In this document: one piece after another, positions 26,283-36,268 of the stretch
Layout of the letters: every line of letters starts with the position of its first letter
How positions within the stretch are numbered: the stretch's first letter is position 1
Origin: Caldilineaceae bacterium
Lineage (GTDB): Bacteria > Chloroflexota > Anaerolineae > Caldilineales > Caldilineaceae
Reading direction: 5' to 3'
NCBI GenBank assembly: GCA_965218625.1
Contig: CBDCLG010000014.1
Location: forward strand, 30,188-94,187
Length of the DNA stretch: 64,000 nucleotides
Made by a program: the position numbers and the translations under genes
The notes under the pieces: generated by a model
Told to the model about the DNA's origin: nothing
Databases searched by the model: none
Seen by the model: the letters and a program-made list of their open reading frames with translations, nothing else

Positions 26283-28130
26283 TTACCAGTAGAGCTGCTC
26301 TTGCGAGACGAACCGTTCGATCTCGCGCCAGCGCGTGTTGTTCTGGCGGTAGTGATCGCGCGCGTAGAGGGGGCAGTAGCGGCCGGGCGGGTCGATCGCC
26401 ACCACCTCGTTGCCTTTGCGCGTCAGCCGGTAGGTCTCCTTCTCGATGGAAACGGTGTCGGTGCGGTCAACCATGGGGAAGGTCATGGTGACGGCGTCGC
26501 CCGGTTGCACCGCTCCGACGCCGGCGTAGCGGCCGTCCCAGCGCAGAGGCCGGTCGGCGCCGTCCACTGTTACGCGCACCTGTGCGGGCGCGACCCATTC
26601 GGGGATGCGCATGGCCAGGTCGACCGGTTGCTTTATCTTGACATCGACCTGGCCGGCGTAGGGGATATGGCTGTCGACGTCGGCCCAGGGCGAGGCGCGG
26701 TTGAGGAGCAGGTTCAGGCGCAGCTTGCCGTCGTCGTGGGAGAGGATGTGTTCCCAGATGTAGTAGATGGCGCGCGTGCCGTTGCCGGTGCAGCAGTGCA
26801 TGATGCCGCGGCCATAGAAGTGGTCGGCGTCGAACCAGTCGTTCGCCTTCGGCCAGGAGGCGAATGCGCCCAGGTTGCGTTCGGCCACCAGCTCGGTGGT
26901 CTGGCAGGACTCGTCGATCTCCGAAGGGGGCAGATCGGCCGCGGCCCGCTCTATCCAGTCGATGCGCTGCAGCTGCCCCTCGGCGAACATGTTGCGCACC
27001 CAGCGGTCGACGTCGTCCCAGTAGTCGCCCGTCCCTGCCGCGGACAGTTTCAGGCCCAGGGCGATCATGTCGGCCACCTCGCACAGCTCGGAGGTCTGCA
27101 GCTCGTCGTTGCGCAACAGCTCGGGGAAGTAGCCGAGCAGACTGTCGCCATGGGCGATGCCATATTCGAAGCCGCGTTGGACCTGTTCCAGCCACGCGGA
27201 GTCGCCCGTGACGCGTTCATATTCCAGGATCGCCAGCAGAGCGTAGGTATGCATGTGGAAGTGGGCCTGCTGCGACGCGCTGGGACGGTCCGAGGCGAAA
27301 CGGCCGTCGGCTTCGATGTATTTTATCTCCTCGAGGGTGTAGCGGATGAGCTTTTCGGCCAGTCTTATGGCCGGCTCGTAGCCGGTCTCGCGGTAGACGT
27401 GCGCCATGCCCAGGGCCACGAACGAGACGTGCGCCCCCATCAGGGGATGCTCTCTGCCATAGTCATAGGCGCTTCCCTTCTCGACCCAGTGTGAGGAGGG
27501 GGCATAGAAGGCATAGCCGCCGCGGTCGACCGCGACCTGGGCCAGTCCGTCGACCAGCCGCTCGGCCGCGTCGCGCCACAGCGGACTGCCGTCGCGCCGG
27601 TAGTAGACCATCATCGCCGACAGGAGCCTGCCGCAGTAGAAGGGGATGATCTGGTGGCCGGTCTCGGTCTGCGAGCCTTCGGGGATGAAGTGGCTGCGCA
27701 CGTAGGTCCAGGGCCGGCCGCCGTTGGGGGCGTAGGCGAGACCATCCGGCCCCAGCTGGTGCAGGGCCACCTCCATCCACCTGCGGTCGACCTCGGTATT
27801 GAGGTCCGACCCGCTGATGATGCGCATCAGGGGCAGGGCCTCCATGAACTTGGACTGGCACGAGTCGCTGAAGTTGTGCTCCATGCGCGGCGGCCTGGCT
27901 TTGAAGAATACGTCGAAGTACATTTCATAGTCGGCCAGCGGGTCGGTGGCCCTGGTGAGGACGTTGACCGCGAGCGCGGCCCGCTCCTGGAGGTCAAGGG
28001 TGTCGGGCGCCAGCGCGCGGTAGCGTTCACCCTGATAGGCGGGGACCGAAAACTCGGGTATCTGCTGGCGGATATAGTTGATCGGATCGCCGCGTTTCCA
28101 GTTGGAACCCTGTTCGTTGCCCATGATCAC
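26283..28130 (-). CDS. Hypothetical glycoside-hydrolase-like protein, distantly DUF1680/GH127-like
   Basis: 615 aa. H.H.YALLAILEYERVTGD and ELCEVADMI blocks resemble those of the GH127-like protein at 41789..43429. Function uncertain. Confidence 0.6.
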   Translation of the reverse strand: MIMGNEQGSNWKRGDPINYIRQQIPEFSVPAYQGERYRALAPDTLDLQERAALAVNVLTRATDPLADYEMYFDVFFKARPPRMEHNFSDSCQSKFMEALPLMRIISGSDLNTEVDRRWMEVALHQLGPDGLAYAPNGGRPWTYVRSHFIPEGSQTETGHQIIPFYCGRLLSAMMVYYRRDGSPLWRDAAERLVDGLAQVAVDRGGYAFYAPSSHWVEKGSAYDYGREHPLMGAHVSFVALGMAHVYRETGYEPAIRLAEKLIRYTLEEIKYIEADGRFASDRPSASQQAHFHMHTYALLAILEYERVTGDSAWLEQVQRGFEYGIAHGDSLLGYFPELLRNDELQTSELCEVADMIALGLKLSAAGTGDYWDDVDRWVRNMFAEGQLQRIDWIERAAADLPPSEIDESCQTTELVAERNLGAFASWPKANDWFDADHFYGRGIMHCCTGNGTRAIYYIWEHILSHDDGKLRLNLLLNRASPWADVDSHIPYAGQVDVKIKQPVDLAMRIPEWVAPAQVRVTVDGADRPLRWDGRYAGVGAVQPGDAVTMTFPMVDRTDTVSIEKETYRLTRKGNEVVAIDPPGRYCPLYARDHYRQNNTRWREIERFVSQEQLYW

Positions 28131-28176
28131 TCCTTGGAAAGTCAGACCTCAGCGGACGCGGCCGCTTGCGGGGCGC

Positions 28177-29172
28177 TCATTCGACCAACCCGGTACGGTC
28201 GATGCTCTGCGTGAAGTAGCGCTGCGTAAAGGTGTAGATGATCAGCAGGGGAAGAATGCCCAACAGGGTGACGGACATGAGCACGTTTTCGCCGATCTCG
28301 CCGCTGGTCGACCATGTTTTGGCCGAGGAATGCCGGGCCTGCGTGAACAGCTGCGCGTAGTTTTCCATGCGCTGGCCGAGGGTGTAGGCGGCGGTGTCGT
28401 TGATGACCAGGCCGGGGAGGAGGGTGTCGTTCCAGGTCCAGACCAGGGTGAAGAGCATGACGACGAGGATGGCCGGTTTTGCCAGCGGCAGCATGATCTG
28501 CCAGAAGACGCGAAAGGGGCTGGCGCCGTCGACGTAGGCGGCGTCTTCCAGCTCGGAGGGCAAGCCGCGGAAGAACTGGCGGAAGACGATCAGGATCATG
28601 CCGCCGCGCACGCCCCAACCGAGGAAGGGCGGCACGATGAGCGGCACGAAGGTATTGATCAGGTCCAGTTTGGAATAGAACAGGTAGAGAGGCACGGCCA
28701 GCGTGGGCAGCGGCACGATGATGGTGAAGAGGAGGACCCAAAACAGGGGCTCGCGGCCGGGAAAGCGGGGGCGGGCGAAGCCATATCCGACCATGGCGCC
28801 GACGCAGGTCTGGCCCAGCACGGCGGCGGCGCTGACGGAGGTGCTGATCCCCAGGCCGCGGAAGTAGTCGATGATTGAGGAGGCAAAACGGAATGCCTGC
28901 AGGCTCGGCTCGCGCGAGATCCAGACAATCGATGGATTGTTGATCTCGGTCAGCGTTTTGACCGAGGTTGCCATCATGTAGAGCAGCGGGAAGAGAAAGA
29001 CGTAGGTGAAGTTGATCAGCACCACCCACAGCAGTATCTTTCCGAGGACGCGCGTCGCGTTGCGCCGCAGGCGGTAGGGGCTGATGCGCCGCGGGCGCGA
29101 CGGCGCCGGGGCGCTTTCGGCGCCGGCGGGAGCGGGAAGCCCGGTTGCGGTTTGGTTCACTGTTGCGCTCAT
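28177..29172 (-). CDS. Carbohydrate ABC transporter permease (MalG-like)
   Basis: Multi-pass membrane protein with an EAA-loop-like region (...DAAYVDGASPFRVFWQIMLPLAKP). The start overlaps the upstream permease stop (ATGA). Confidence 0.85.
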   Translation of the reverse strand: MSATVNQTATGLPAPAGAESAPAPSRPRRISPYRLRRNATRVLGKILLWVVLINFTYVFLFPLLYMMATSVKTLTEINNPSIVWISREPSLQAFRFASSIIDYFRGLGISTSVSAAAVLGQTCVGAMVGYGFARPRFPGREPLFWVLLFTIIVPLPTLAVPLYLFYSKLDLINTFVPLIVPPFLGWGVRGGMILIVFRQFFRGLPSELEDAAYVDGASPFRVFWQIMLPLAKPAILVVMLFTLVWTWNDTLLPGLVINDTAAYTLGQRMENYAQLFTQARHSSAKTWSTSGEIGENVLMSVTLLGILPLLIIYTFTQRYFTQSIDRTGLVE

Positions 29173-30038
29173 TGTTTCTCACCTGCGTAGAAGACGAACT
29201 TCGACATGATTCTCACGACCAGTGCGATCTGCAGAAAGACGACGATGAAGTAGGCCATACCCAGCGCCGATGCATACTCCAGCTGCTGGCCGCGCACGCC
29301 GACCTGCATGATGTATTTGATCATCGGGTTTTCGGGAAAGGTAAGCTGGTCGATCATGGCGTAGATGGTCACCAGCAGGATGACCGGCGACAGCATCGGC
29401 AGGGTGATTTTCCAGAAGGACTCCCAGGGTGAGGCGCCATCGACGCGTGCGGCCTCGTAGAGGCTGGTCGGAATGCTGTTCAGACCGGCGATGAAGAAGA
29501 GGATCTCGACGCCGCTGAACCAGATGATTGCGGTGAGACGGGTGACTATCCACTGGATCGGCGTTCCTTCGACGACGGAATCGACCTCGGCGCCCAAGCC
29601 CTGCATGAGGGGTTCCAGCGTAGACATCAGCAGCTGATCGCCGACCCCAACCGAGAGCATGTGTTGAATCACGCCGGCGCTGCCGATCACAACCGGCAGA
29701 AAGAAGACGGCGCGCAGGAAGGTCTGGCCGCGCCCGACACCGGTCAGCAGGAGCGCCAGCAGCAGTGAGAAGACGAGGATAAGAGGCACGTCGATGGCGA
29801 CGTTTTCCAGGGTATCGAGCAGCACCGGGGTGAAGACGATGTCCTCGGTAAAGATCTGGCGGTAGTGGTCGAGGCCGACCCACTCGGTCTGCCATTGGAA
29901 GAGGTCGGTCACTCTCTGAAAGCTGAGCATGAGGGAGCGTCCCAGCGGCCAGGCGAACAGCAGCGCCAGGCCCAGGACCCAGGGGCTGATGAAAATATAG
30001 CCCCACAGGCTCTGCTGCTGTTTCAATGTCAGTTTCAT
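29169..30038 (-). CDS. Carbohydrate ABC transporter permease (MalF-like)
   Basis: 289 aa with the EAA loop ...YEAARVDGASPWESFWKITLPMLSP. Confidence 0.85.
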   Translation of the reverse strand: MKLTLKQQQSLWGYIFISPWVLGLALLFAWPLGRSLMLSFQRVTDLFQWQTEWVGLDHYRQIFTEDIVFTPVLLDTLENVAIDVPLILVFSLLLALLLTGVGRGQTFLRAVFFLPVVIGSAGVIQHMLSVGVGDQLLMSTLEPLMQGLGAEVDSVVEGTPIQWIVTRLTAIIWFSGVEILFFIAGLNSIPTSLYEAARVDGASPWESFWKITLPMLSPVILLVTIYAMIDQLTFPENPMIKYIMQVGVRGQQLEYASALGMAYFIVVFLQIALVVRIMSKFVFYAGEKQ

Positions 30039-30111
30039 CGGATATTCCCTTCAACGGGTGGACGGGGAAATGGCGCCGGTCCCGTCTTTGCCCGCTGTCC
30101 GCTGTCTACTG

Positions 30112-32409
30112 TCATTTGCCTACTGCTATGTGAAAACCCAGGCTTTCGACGCGCAGGCCGTCCTCCGCGTAGGCGCGGTCGCCGTAGTTGACGATGACGC
30201 GGGTGCCGTCCTCGTAGCGCGTTTCGAAGACCTGGGGGGCCAGCTGTCTGTGGCCGACGATAAACTGGTCGACGGTATGGCCCAGCTGGTTGATGATGAC
30301 TTCGTATTCGGCCGCGGCGCGCGGCAGCCAGTCGAGGTAGTGGGAGCTGTAGAGCTTGGGATAGGTCGTGCGCGCGAGCACGAGCGGATCGCGATAGGTA
30401 AGCTCATAGACCGGCAACATGCCATATTCCAGCTGTTTCAAAAAGGCTGTTTCAAGATTTGTGTGCAGGTTGGCCGGCTCGGGATAGATGCGAACGAGGC
30501 CGTGGGTCGCCAGGGGGTAGAAGGGCACGGTCACGTCGCCGAAGGTGTGATCGTGGTGGTAGAGCGGGAAGCGGGTAACGGCCTCGGCCACGCCGAGCAC
30601 ATACTCGTTGCCTCCCTGGGCGGCCGCTGCCCCCATTTCAGCGGCGACCGTCTGCAACATCTGCCGCCAGGCGGCGGCGAATTCGCTGCGCTGCAGTGGG
30701 TGCCGCAGGTTGGCGTCCTGCAGGACAAGCTCGCCGGCCCAGCGCAGTTCCAGGCCGTCTACGCCGAGGGCGGCCAGGCGCGGCAGGTCCTGCTGCAGGT
30801 AGCTTTCCATGGCGAAGACCGGGTTGAGGAAGAACCTGCCCCTTTGCAGTGTTCCGGGGATCCTCTCCACCTTATGGGCCGGGACCATGTCGCTGACCGG
30901 CAGCAGATTGGACTGGATCACAACGTCGGTCAGGGGAAAGAAGCCGCCATTGCGCAGAAAGGCGAGCGTATAGTCGTCCTCCAGAAACAGTCGATTGTCC
31001 AGGGCATGCACGCGCTCGGCGAGGCGTTCCAATCCGCGGGCGCCGCCCAGATGGCGGTCGGGCGGCCAGCGTTTGGGCAGGTTCCCCTCATATCCGTCGG
31101 CTTGCCAGCCGACCAGGACGACGTCGAGGGCGGTCATTCCCGCCGCGTGAAAGGTGTCCATAATCTCGCCGGCCTCGGCGAAGGAGGTCGCGCTGACGAA
31201 GCGGCGTCTGAAGAGGCCGGGTTTCTCGGCGCCCATGACCAGGCGCAGGCGCATCGCCGGCCTGTTCGGGGGGGAGAGGCTGAGACGCGGCACACCGCGG
31301 TCCTCCATCAGGTGCCGGCGCAGCCGCTGCGCCATTCCGACCCAGCTGGCTTCTTCGTCAGCCAGGAAAAAGTAGCGCATGGCACGGTCGCCGGCGATAC
31401 GCTCGGTCTGATAGATCTCTGTAAATCTGCCTCGGTTTGTCGGCACCAGGCTCGGGCTGCGGTAGTTGAAGCGCACGTTGGCGAAGCTGAACGAAAGGGG
31501 CGAAGTGCCTATTCCCGCCTCGATGGAAGAGTCGCCCGCGCCCGCGGTCACGACGCCCAGGACGGCCATTCCTCCCGTGCTCTCTCCCTGCGGGGCGGGG
31601 TGGACGATGCCAAAGGAGGCCAGGGGGGTGCGCTGCTGGGACGGCCTGGCGAACGAGTAGCGGTCCGCCCCGTAGCTGTTGACGCTGACAACCTGGCGGT
31701 AGCTGGGCTGACTGCCGCCGACGTAGGTCAACGAGCCGGGGCCGTCCGGCAGGACCAGGTAGGCCGATGTCTCGGCGCGATAAGGCGTTGCGCCGAGGTA
31801 GGGCAAAATGTCGAGCGCCACCAGCCGGCTTTCGTCCGATTCCGCCAAGCCGGTCTCTTCCACGGCGACGTCCAGGTAGTCCGGCCCCAATTCGTAGCGC
31901 AGGTCGAAGGCGAGCGTGTCGCCTTTCATTGTGTAGCGGACGGTTGCGCCGCGGGCGGCCGGCTCAATCTTTATCTCGCTGACTTCGTTCGCGGTGTCCA
32001 TGCGGCGGGCATGCAGGCCGGTGCTGGTCGTGGTGAGCACAAACAGCACCGAGTCGAAAATGCCGCGCAGGTTTTCGGCGATCTGCTCTCGGTCGGGCAG
32101 GACGGGATTGCTCAACCAGACGCGCGACACGCGCAGGTCATGCACGCCGATCTGGCCAGTGCGGGGCTGAATATAGAGCTCCAGATGGGCGCTCTTCGCC
32201 AGCAGATCGTACTCTGCCGGGACGGCATCGACGATGGCCTGGGCGCCGCGCAACGGTTCCTCGTCCTGCGCCGCCACGGGGACAACCGCGGCAAGGAGCA
32301 GGAGGCAGACGAGGCTGGCGCGCGCTGCGTAACGCCGGCAACGGGCGATAGGCGACCGGCGGCAGGCGCTAGAAGGAGACGATGCGGACGATCTCATAGA
32401 GTACCTCAC
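30112..32409 (-). CDS. DUF5696-like secreted protein (glycan-active TIM-barrel-like C-terminal half)
   Basis: 765-aa ORF with a signal-like N-terminus. I recall the neighbourhood (SBP, two permeases, DUF5696, Yip1 protein) as a conserved module. The start is uncertain: it overlaps the upstream stop by 41 nt. Confidence 0.6.
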   Translation of the reverse strand: MRYSMRSSASSPSSACRRSPIARCRRYAARASLVCLLLLAAVVPVAAQDEEPLRGAQAIVDAVPAEYDLLAKSAHLELYIQPRTGQIGVHDLRVSRVWLSNPVLPDREQIAENLRGIFDSVLFVLTTTSTGLHARRMDTANEVSEIKIEPAARGATVRYTMKGDTLAFDLRYELGPDYLDVAVEETGLAESDESRLVALDILPYLGATPYRAETSAYLVLPDGPGSLTYVGGSQPSYRQVVSVNSYGADRYSFARPSQQRTPLASFGIVHPAPQGESTGGMAVLGVVTAGAGDSSIEAGIGTSPLSFSFANVRFNYRSPSLVPTNRGRFTEIYQTERIAGDRAMRYFFLADEEASWVGMAQRLRRHLMEDRGVPRLSLSPPNRPAMRLRLVMGAEKPGLFRRRFVSATSFAEAGEIMDTFHAAGMTALDVVLVGWQADGYEGNLPKRWPPDRHLGGARGLERLAERVHALDNRLFLEDDYTLAFLRNGGFFPLTDVVIQSNLLPVSDMVPAHKVERIPGTLQRGRFFLNPVFAMESYLQQDLPRLAALGVDGLELRWAGELVLQDANLRHPLQRSEFAAAWRQMLQTVAAEMGAAAAQGGNEYVLGVAEAVTRFPLYHHDHTFGDVTVPFYPLATHGLVRIYPEPANLHTNLETAFLKQLEYGMLPVYELTYRDPLVLARTTYPKLYSSHYLDWLPRAAAEYEVIINQLGHTVDQFIVGHRQLAPQVFETRYEDGTRVIVNYGDRAYAEDGLRVESLGFHIAVGK

Positions 32410-34522
32410 CGGCGAAATTCACGACTTCGTTGCTGAGCAGACCGACCGCCAGGATGCTGCCGCCCAGCACCAAGAGACCGAATACCATCACCAGGCCGAC
32501 ACCCACCGTTCTGCGGGCCAGGTAGTCATGGACCGTTCGGATCTCGAGCAGGAGCAGGAGGAGTACCCAGAGGTAGACCAGGCTCCAGAGGCTCTCGTAC
32601 AGCCCGCGCTCCTGCGCGGTCATCAGATGGCTCAGCAGCGCGACCGGCACGGCAAACAGGATATAGGGTACGAGGCAGTAGGCGGTGGTGCGGGCCACGC
32701 CGCGAAAGGTGCCGGAGCCCTCGAAGAGCGCGGATACGCCGTAGTTGGCTATCGTCCATAGGGTCCAGGGCAGGACGACGCGCAGGATCTCGAGGAAGAG
32801 GTTGGCGTCTTCCCAGCGCAGCTCGGGCAGCAGGTAGACGGCCACGGGACGGTAGATACGAAACCAGTCGAGAAAGGAGCCGACGGTGGGCGTGGCGCGC
32901 ATGTGGAACGCGATCAGGGCCAGGCTGACCAGCCGCGCGGTCGCGGCGAGGGCGAGCAGGACCACGACCGGCCACAGCGATCGTCCCTGCGCCAGCCGCT
33001 CGAACGTCTGGACGGGACGCAGCAGAACGTCCAGGAAGTGGGTGCGGAGATGAATACGCCTCTGCGCGCCCGCCGCCCGGTCGCGGGACGGCCTGAAGCG
33101 GGAGATGGCCGGCCAGACGACGATGCCCATCATGGCGGTAAAAGCGCCGGAGACCAGCCAGCCGATTATGCCGCGCATCTGTTCCTGCCGGTACTCTTTG
33201 AAGGCCAGTGAATAGCCCAATTGGTCATGCCCCACCGTGTATTCATGCATGGCGTCGCGCCAGCGGCCGGCATGGTAGTGGGCCGCGCCGATGCCGCTGT
33301 GGGCCAGCTCATAGTTCGAGGCCAGGTCCAGGACCTGTTGCCAGGCGGCGGCGGCTTCGTCATAGCGGCCATCGAACTGCAGCGCGCTGGCCTGGTGCAG
33401 CAGCTGCGCGAAGCGGGTCGGGCGCAGAACGTAGACGGCTGCGCGGGCGACGTCCAGGACATAGAGTTGGCCGCGGCTGTCCACGTCTACTTCACTGGGA
33501 AGCTGGTACTCGCCGCGCCCGACGCCGCGGCGGCCAAATACGAGCAGGAGGTTGCGGTCCTGGTCATATTGATAGATCCGGCCTGTACTCTGGTCGACGG
33601 CGGTGACTGTGCCGTTGTCGTGAACTGTGACCGACACAAAGCGCGTCGGTTGCTCCCAGGAGCGCCGGCGCTCACCGAAAATTTTGTTTTTGTAGAGCTT
33701 TTGCTCGAGGCTCTTGTCGACGAAGATATTGGCGCCAACGGGGCTGAGCTTCTGGATCTGGCGCGATGTGGCGCCGCTGACGGCCGAATAGATGAAGCCA
33801 TCAGCGCCCAGGAACATGTCGGTGTGGGCGGTGGGATTGGCCAGGAACACCTGCTGGGCCTGCTCGTCGGTGTAGAGGAAGCGGACGAAGAGCCACCAGA
33901 GGCTGAAGGCGGTGCGGGTTGTGCCAAAGAAGCCGCGGAACTGGTTCTGCCGGTCCATGACGATCATACCGGCGCCGGAGCCTTCGAGGTAGTAGATGTA
34001 GCCGCGCTTATCTACCAGGACCTTGTTGGGGGCGGCGGACTGGATTTCAGCCAGCAGATCGCTCTGCGGGGGGCCATACTCCTGCAGCAGCTTTCCAGCG
34101 GAGTCGATCTGCACGATACGCCCGTTGCCGGTATCGGCGATCCAGAGCGTGTCATCGCGGCTGTCGCGGTAGAGGCCCTGCGGGGCGCTCAGATTCAACT
34201 CCGCCCCGAACTGGCGGATGACCTCTCCGCGGTCATCGAGCTCGACGATACGGTCGTTGCCGGTGTCGACGATATAGAGGTGGTCGTTGCTGCGATTGAC
34301 CAGGATGTCGCCCGGCGTTTTCAGGTCGCCGATTCCCAGGGAGACGCCGTGGATGATATGGTCCAGCTCGTAGGGATCCGGCAGGGGGACGGGGCGACCT
34401 GTGCTGTCGATCGTGTAGCTGTCGTAAGGTTGGAACAGGCCCTGCGCCCCGACGGCTGACGCGGCGGCCAGCAAAAGGATGCCCGCAGCCAGCGCCGCCA
34501 AGATCCGATGGGATCGCTTCAT
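32369..34522 (-). CDS. Signal peptide + NHL-repeat beta-propeller + TPR-like segment + C-terminal Yip1-type membrane domain
   Basis: Repeated ...LYIVDTGNDRIVELD / LWIADTGNGRIVQID / LYVLDVARAAVYVL motifs (NHL-like). The C-terminal ~220 aa is a multi-pass hydrophobic region resembling the Yip1 domain. Confidence 0.65.
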   Translation of the reverse strand: MKRSHRILAALAAGILLLAAASAVGAQGLFQPYDSYTIDSTGRPVPLPDPYELDHIIHGVSLGIGDLKTPGDILVNRSNDHLYIVDTGNDRIVELDDRGEVIRQFGAELNLSAPQGLYRDSRDDTLWIADTGNGRIVQIDSAGKLLQEYGPPQSDLLAEIQSAAPNKVLVDKRGYIYYLEGSGAGMIVMDRQNQFRGFFGTTRTAFSLWWLFVRFLYTDEQAQQVFLANPTAHTDMFLGADGFIYSAVSGATSRQIQKLSPVGANIFVDKSLEQKLYKNKIFGERRRSWEQPTRFVSVTVHDNGTVTAVDQSTGRIYQYDQDRNLLLVFGRRGVGRGEYQLPSEVDVDSRGQLYVLDVARAAVYVLRPTRFAQLLHQASALQFDGRYDEAAAAWQQVLDLASNYELAHSGIGAAHYHAGRWRDAMHEYTVGHDQLGYSLAFKEYRQEQMRGIIGWLVSGAFTAMMGIVVWPAISRFRPSRDRAAGAQRRIHLRTHFLDVLLRPVQTFERLAQGRSLWPVVVLLALAATARLVSLALIAFHMRATPTVGSFLDWFRIYRPVAVYLLPELRWEDANLFLEILRVVLPWTLWTIANYGVSALFEGSGTFRGVARTTAYCLVPYILFAVPVALLSHLMTAQERGLYESLWSLVYLWVLLLLLLEIRTVHDYLARRTVGVGLVMVFGLLVLGGSILAVGLLSNEVVNFAGEVLYEIVRIVSF

Positions 34523-34597
34523 CTGTCCCTGTCTTTCCGCCAGGTGTCATCGGTATGACGCCATGCAGCGCCATCGCACGCGTGCGACGCGACGAGC

Positions 34598-34620
34598 AGT
34601 GTGACGCGTAGTGTGACGCG
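34598..34620. promoter_or_regulatory. Tandem direct repeat AGTGTGACGCG x2 (12-bp period) upstream of the NHL/Yip1 gene; candidate operator
   Basis: 34598-34608 and 34610-34620 are identical, and a partial third unit (GATGTGAG) follows. They lie 76-98 bp upstream of the start at 34522. Confidence 0.25.
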
Positions 34621-34810
34621 CGATGTGAGAAGGAGCGGTTTCACGCATCACAGGGGCAGAATCCCCGCCGCGCGCAACGCTTGCTGAGGAACAGCCCGGC
34701 CGGGGACAGGCGCGCCAGCGGCCTGCCCCCGGGCCGGTCCGTCACGAAATGCGGTGTATCGAGCTCACCTCGCGCGGCCCATGCCGCGGGGTCGAGATGT
34801 TGAGGATGGG

Positions 34811-36268
34811 TTAAGCCGCATCCGGGTCGATGCCGATGTTCTTGTAGTACTGCCGGCGGTAGGTTGTCGCCACCTCCTGCCACTCTTCGGCAAGCTGCTC
34901 GGGCGTGATATTGCCCGACAGCATTGTCCCCGACCTTTCGCAGAAGGACGCGGCGATTTCATCGGGGATCGTGACAAACCGATTCGAGCAGCGGATCATC
35001 ACGTAGGTGGCAAGACCCAGGTCGCCCCACTCCCAGCCTACCCAGGTATGCTCGTCGTTGACGGCGCGTTTGTAGTCGGCGAAGGAGATGCCGAAGTTGC
35101 CGGCCGACTCGGCATCGGCGACCGCAATCGGATTGTTGACGAACTCCTTGAGCCCGGAGACGTGGGCGAAGGCCTTCCAGGCGTAGATCTGCGGCTCCGG
35201 CCGGAACTGGTTGATGCAGAACTCTTTGGCCATCTCGTGGTTCTCTTTCGGGGCCGCTGCCACTGCGCCGATCGACTGGGTCTCGTAGTAGACCATATTG
35301 TGTTTGCCCTCGACCAGGCCCGGCATTTCGGTGAAGCCCATCAGGGGAATCGCCTCCGGCCTGCCGGCGCCGCCGGCATGCTGCAGCGCCGGCTCGGCGG
35401 CTGAGGTAGCGTAGCCCTGGTCGAAGGTCTGCCAGCCGGAGCCCTCGGGCCTGTTGCCGTCGGCCGGCGAGCAGCCGTACTCGAAGACGGGGTCAAAGTG
35501 GATCGTCTTGATGGCCTGGACCGTTTCGTCGGTCGTGAGGGTGAACTCTTTCTTCTGGTCGTCCCACCAGTGGCCGCCCAGGTCGAGAATACCACCCAGC
35601 AAACGGGCGGCGCTCCAGTGCACGAAGTTGTCGTATCCCCAGCGGACGGTGTTGCCGCTGGCATCGGTCTGGTTGAGATTGGTCAACTCCGAGTAAAAGT
35701 CGGAGTAGTTCTCTAACCATTTCCCTTCGGGGGGATAGGGGATGCGCGCTTCATCGAAATAGGGCTTCCAGTAGGTGAGGAACTGGCCGTAAGTCGAGTT
35801 GTGGAAGACGGGCGCAAAGTAGAATTTGCCGTTCCAGCTTCCGCCTTCGACGTCGGACTGAATGATGTCATCGATATCCCAATCCGAGGCCTCGATGGTG
35901 TCGTCAAGCGGCAGGAAGACGCCGCGGGCTATCTCGCCGAAGATCTTGTTGCCCAAGTCCTGGTGGATGTCGGGCGGGTTGCCGGCGGCCAGCCTGGAAA
36001 GCAGGTCCAGCCGTGCACCGGCTGCGGAGGCTTGTGTCAGCTTGATTGTGACTTCGGTCCTTGCTTCGAAGTCATCGATGCTGCCCTTGAGAATGTTCTG
36101 CCAGTTGCCCTTGTGCAGATACTCGACTTCCATCGGCTCTTCCATCGCCATATCGGCCGGCCCCTGGACTGCTGTCGGGGCGACGCAGGCGGCAGCGAGG
36201 ACGCCGGCGGCGCCAACCGCTGAAAGGCGCAGAAAATCGCGTCGGCTCATCATGTTCTTCGCTTGCAT
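34811..36268 (-). CDS. ABC transporter extracellular solute-binding protein (family 1) with Tat-type signal
   Basis: Starts MQAKNMMSRRDFLRLSAVGAAGVLAAACVAP (twin-arginine motif). AAGGAGAG SD precedes the ATG at 36268. Confidence 0.85.
   Translation of the reverse strand: MQAKNMMSRRDFLRLSAVGAAGVLAAACVAPTAVQGPADMAMEEPMEVEYLHKGNWQNILKGSIDDFEARTEVTIKLTQASAAGARLDLLSRLAAGNPPDIHQDLGNKIFGEIARGVFLPLDDTIEASDWDIDDIIQSDVEGGSWNGKFYFAPVFHNSTYGQFLTYWKPYFDEARIPYPPEGKWLENYSDFYSELTNLNQTDASGNTVRWGYDNFVHWSAARLLGGILDLGGHWWDDQKKEFTLTTDETVQAIKTIHFDPVFEYGCSPADGNRPEGSGWQTFDQGYATSAAEPALQHAGGAGRPEAIPLMGFTEMPGLVEGKHNMVYYETQSIGAVAAAPKENHEMAKEFCINQFRPEPQIYAWKAFAHVSGLKEFVNNPIAVADAESAGNFGISFADYKRAVNDEHTWVGWEWGDLGLATYVMIRCSNRFVTIPDEIAASFCERSGTMLSGNITPEQLAEEWQEVATTYRRQYYKNIGIDPDAA

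Noticed and set aside
25413-27494. 693-aa + strand ORF
   Set aside because: Antisense shadow ORF of the isomerase and GH-like genes, typical of high-GC DNA. Low-complexity Ala/Gly/Arg/Val composition.
30058-32436. 792-aa + strand ORF
   Set aside because: Antisense shadow of the DUF5696-like gene. Low-complexity composition.
33221-34459. 412-aa + strand ORF; likewise 40483..41568 (+), 14105..15055 (+), 43825..44727 (-), 23519..24340 (-), 51817..53130 (+)
   Set aside because: All lie antisense to genes with recognisable motifs and have shadow-ORF composition.
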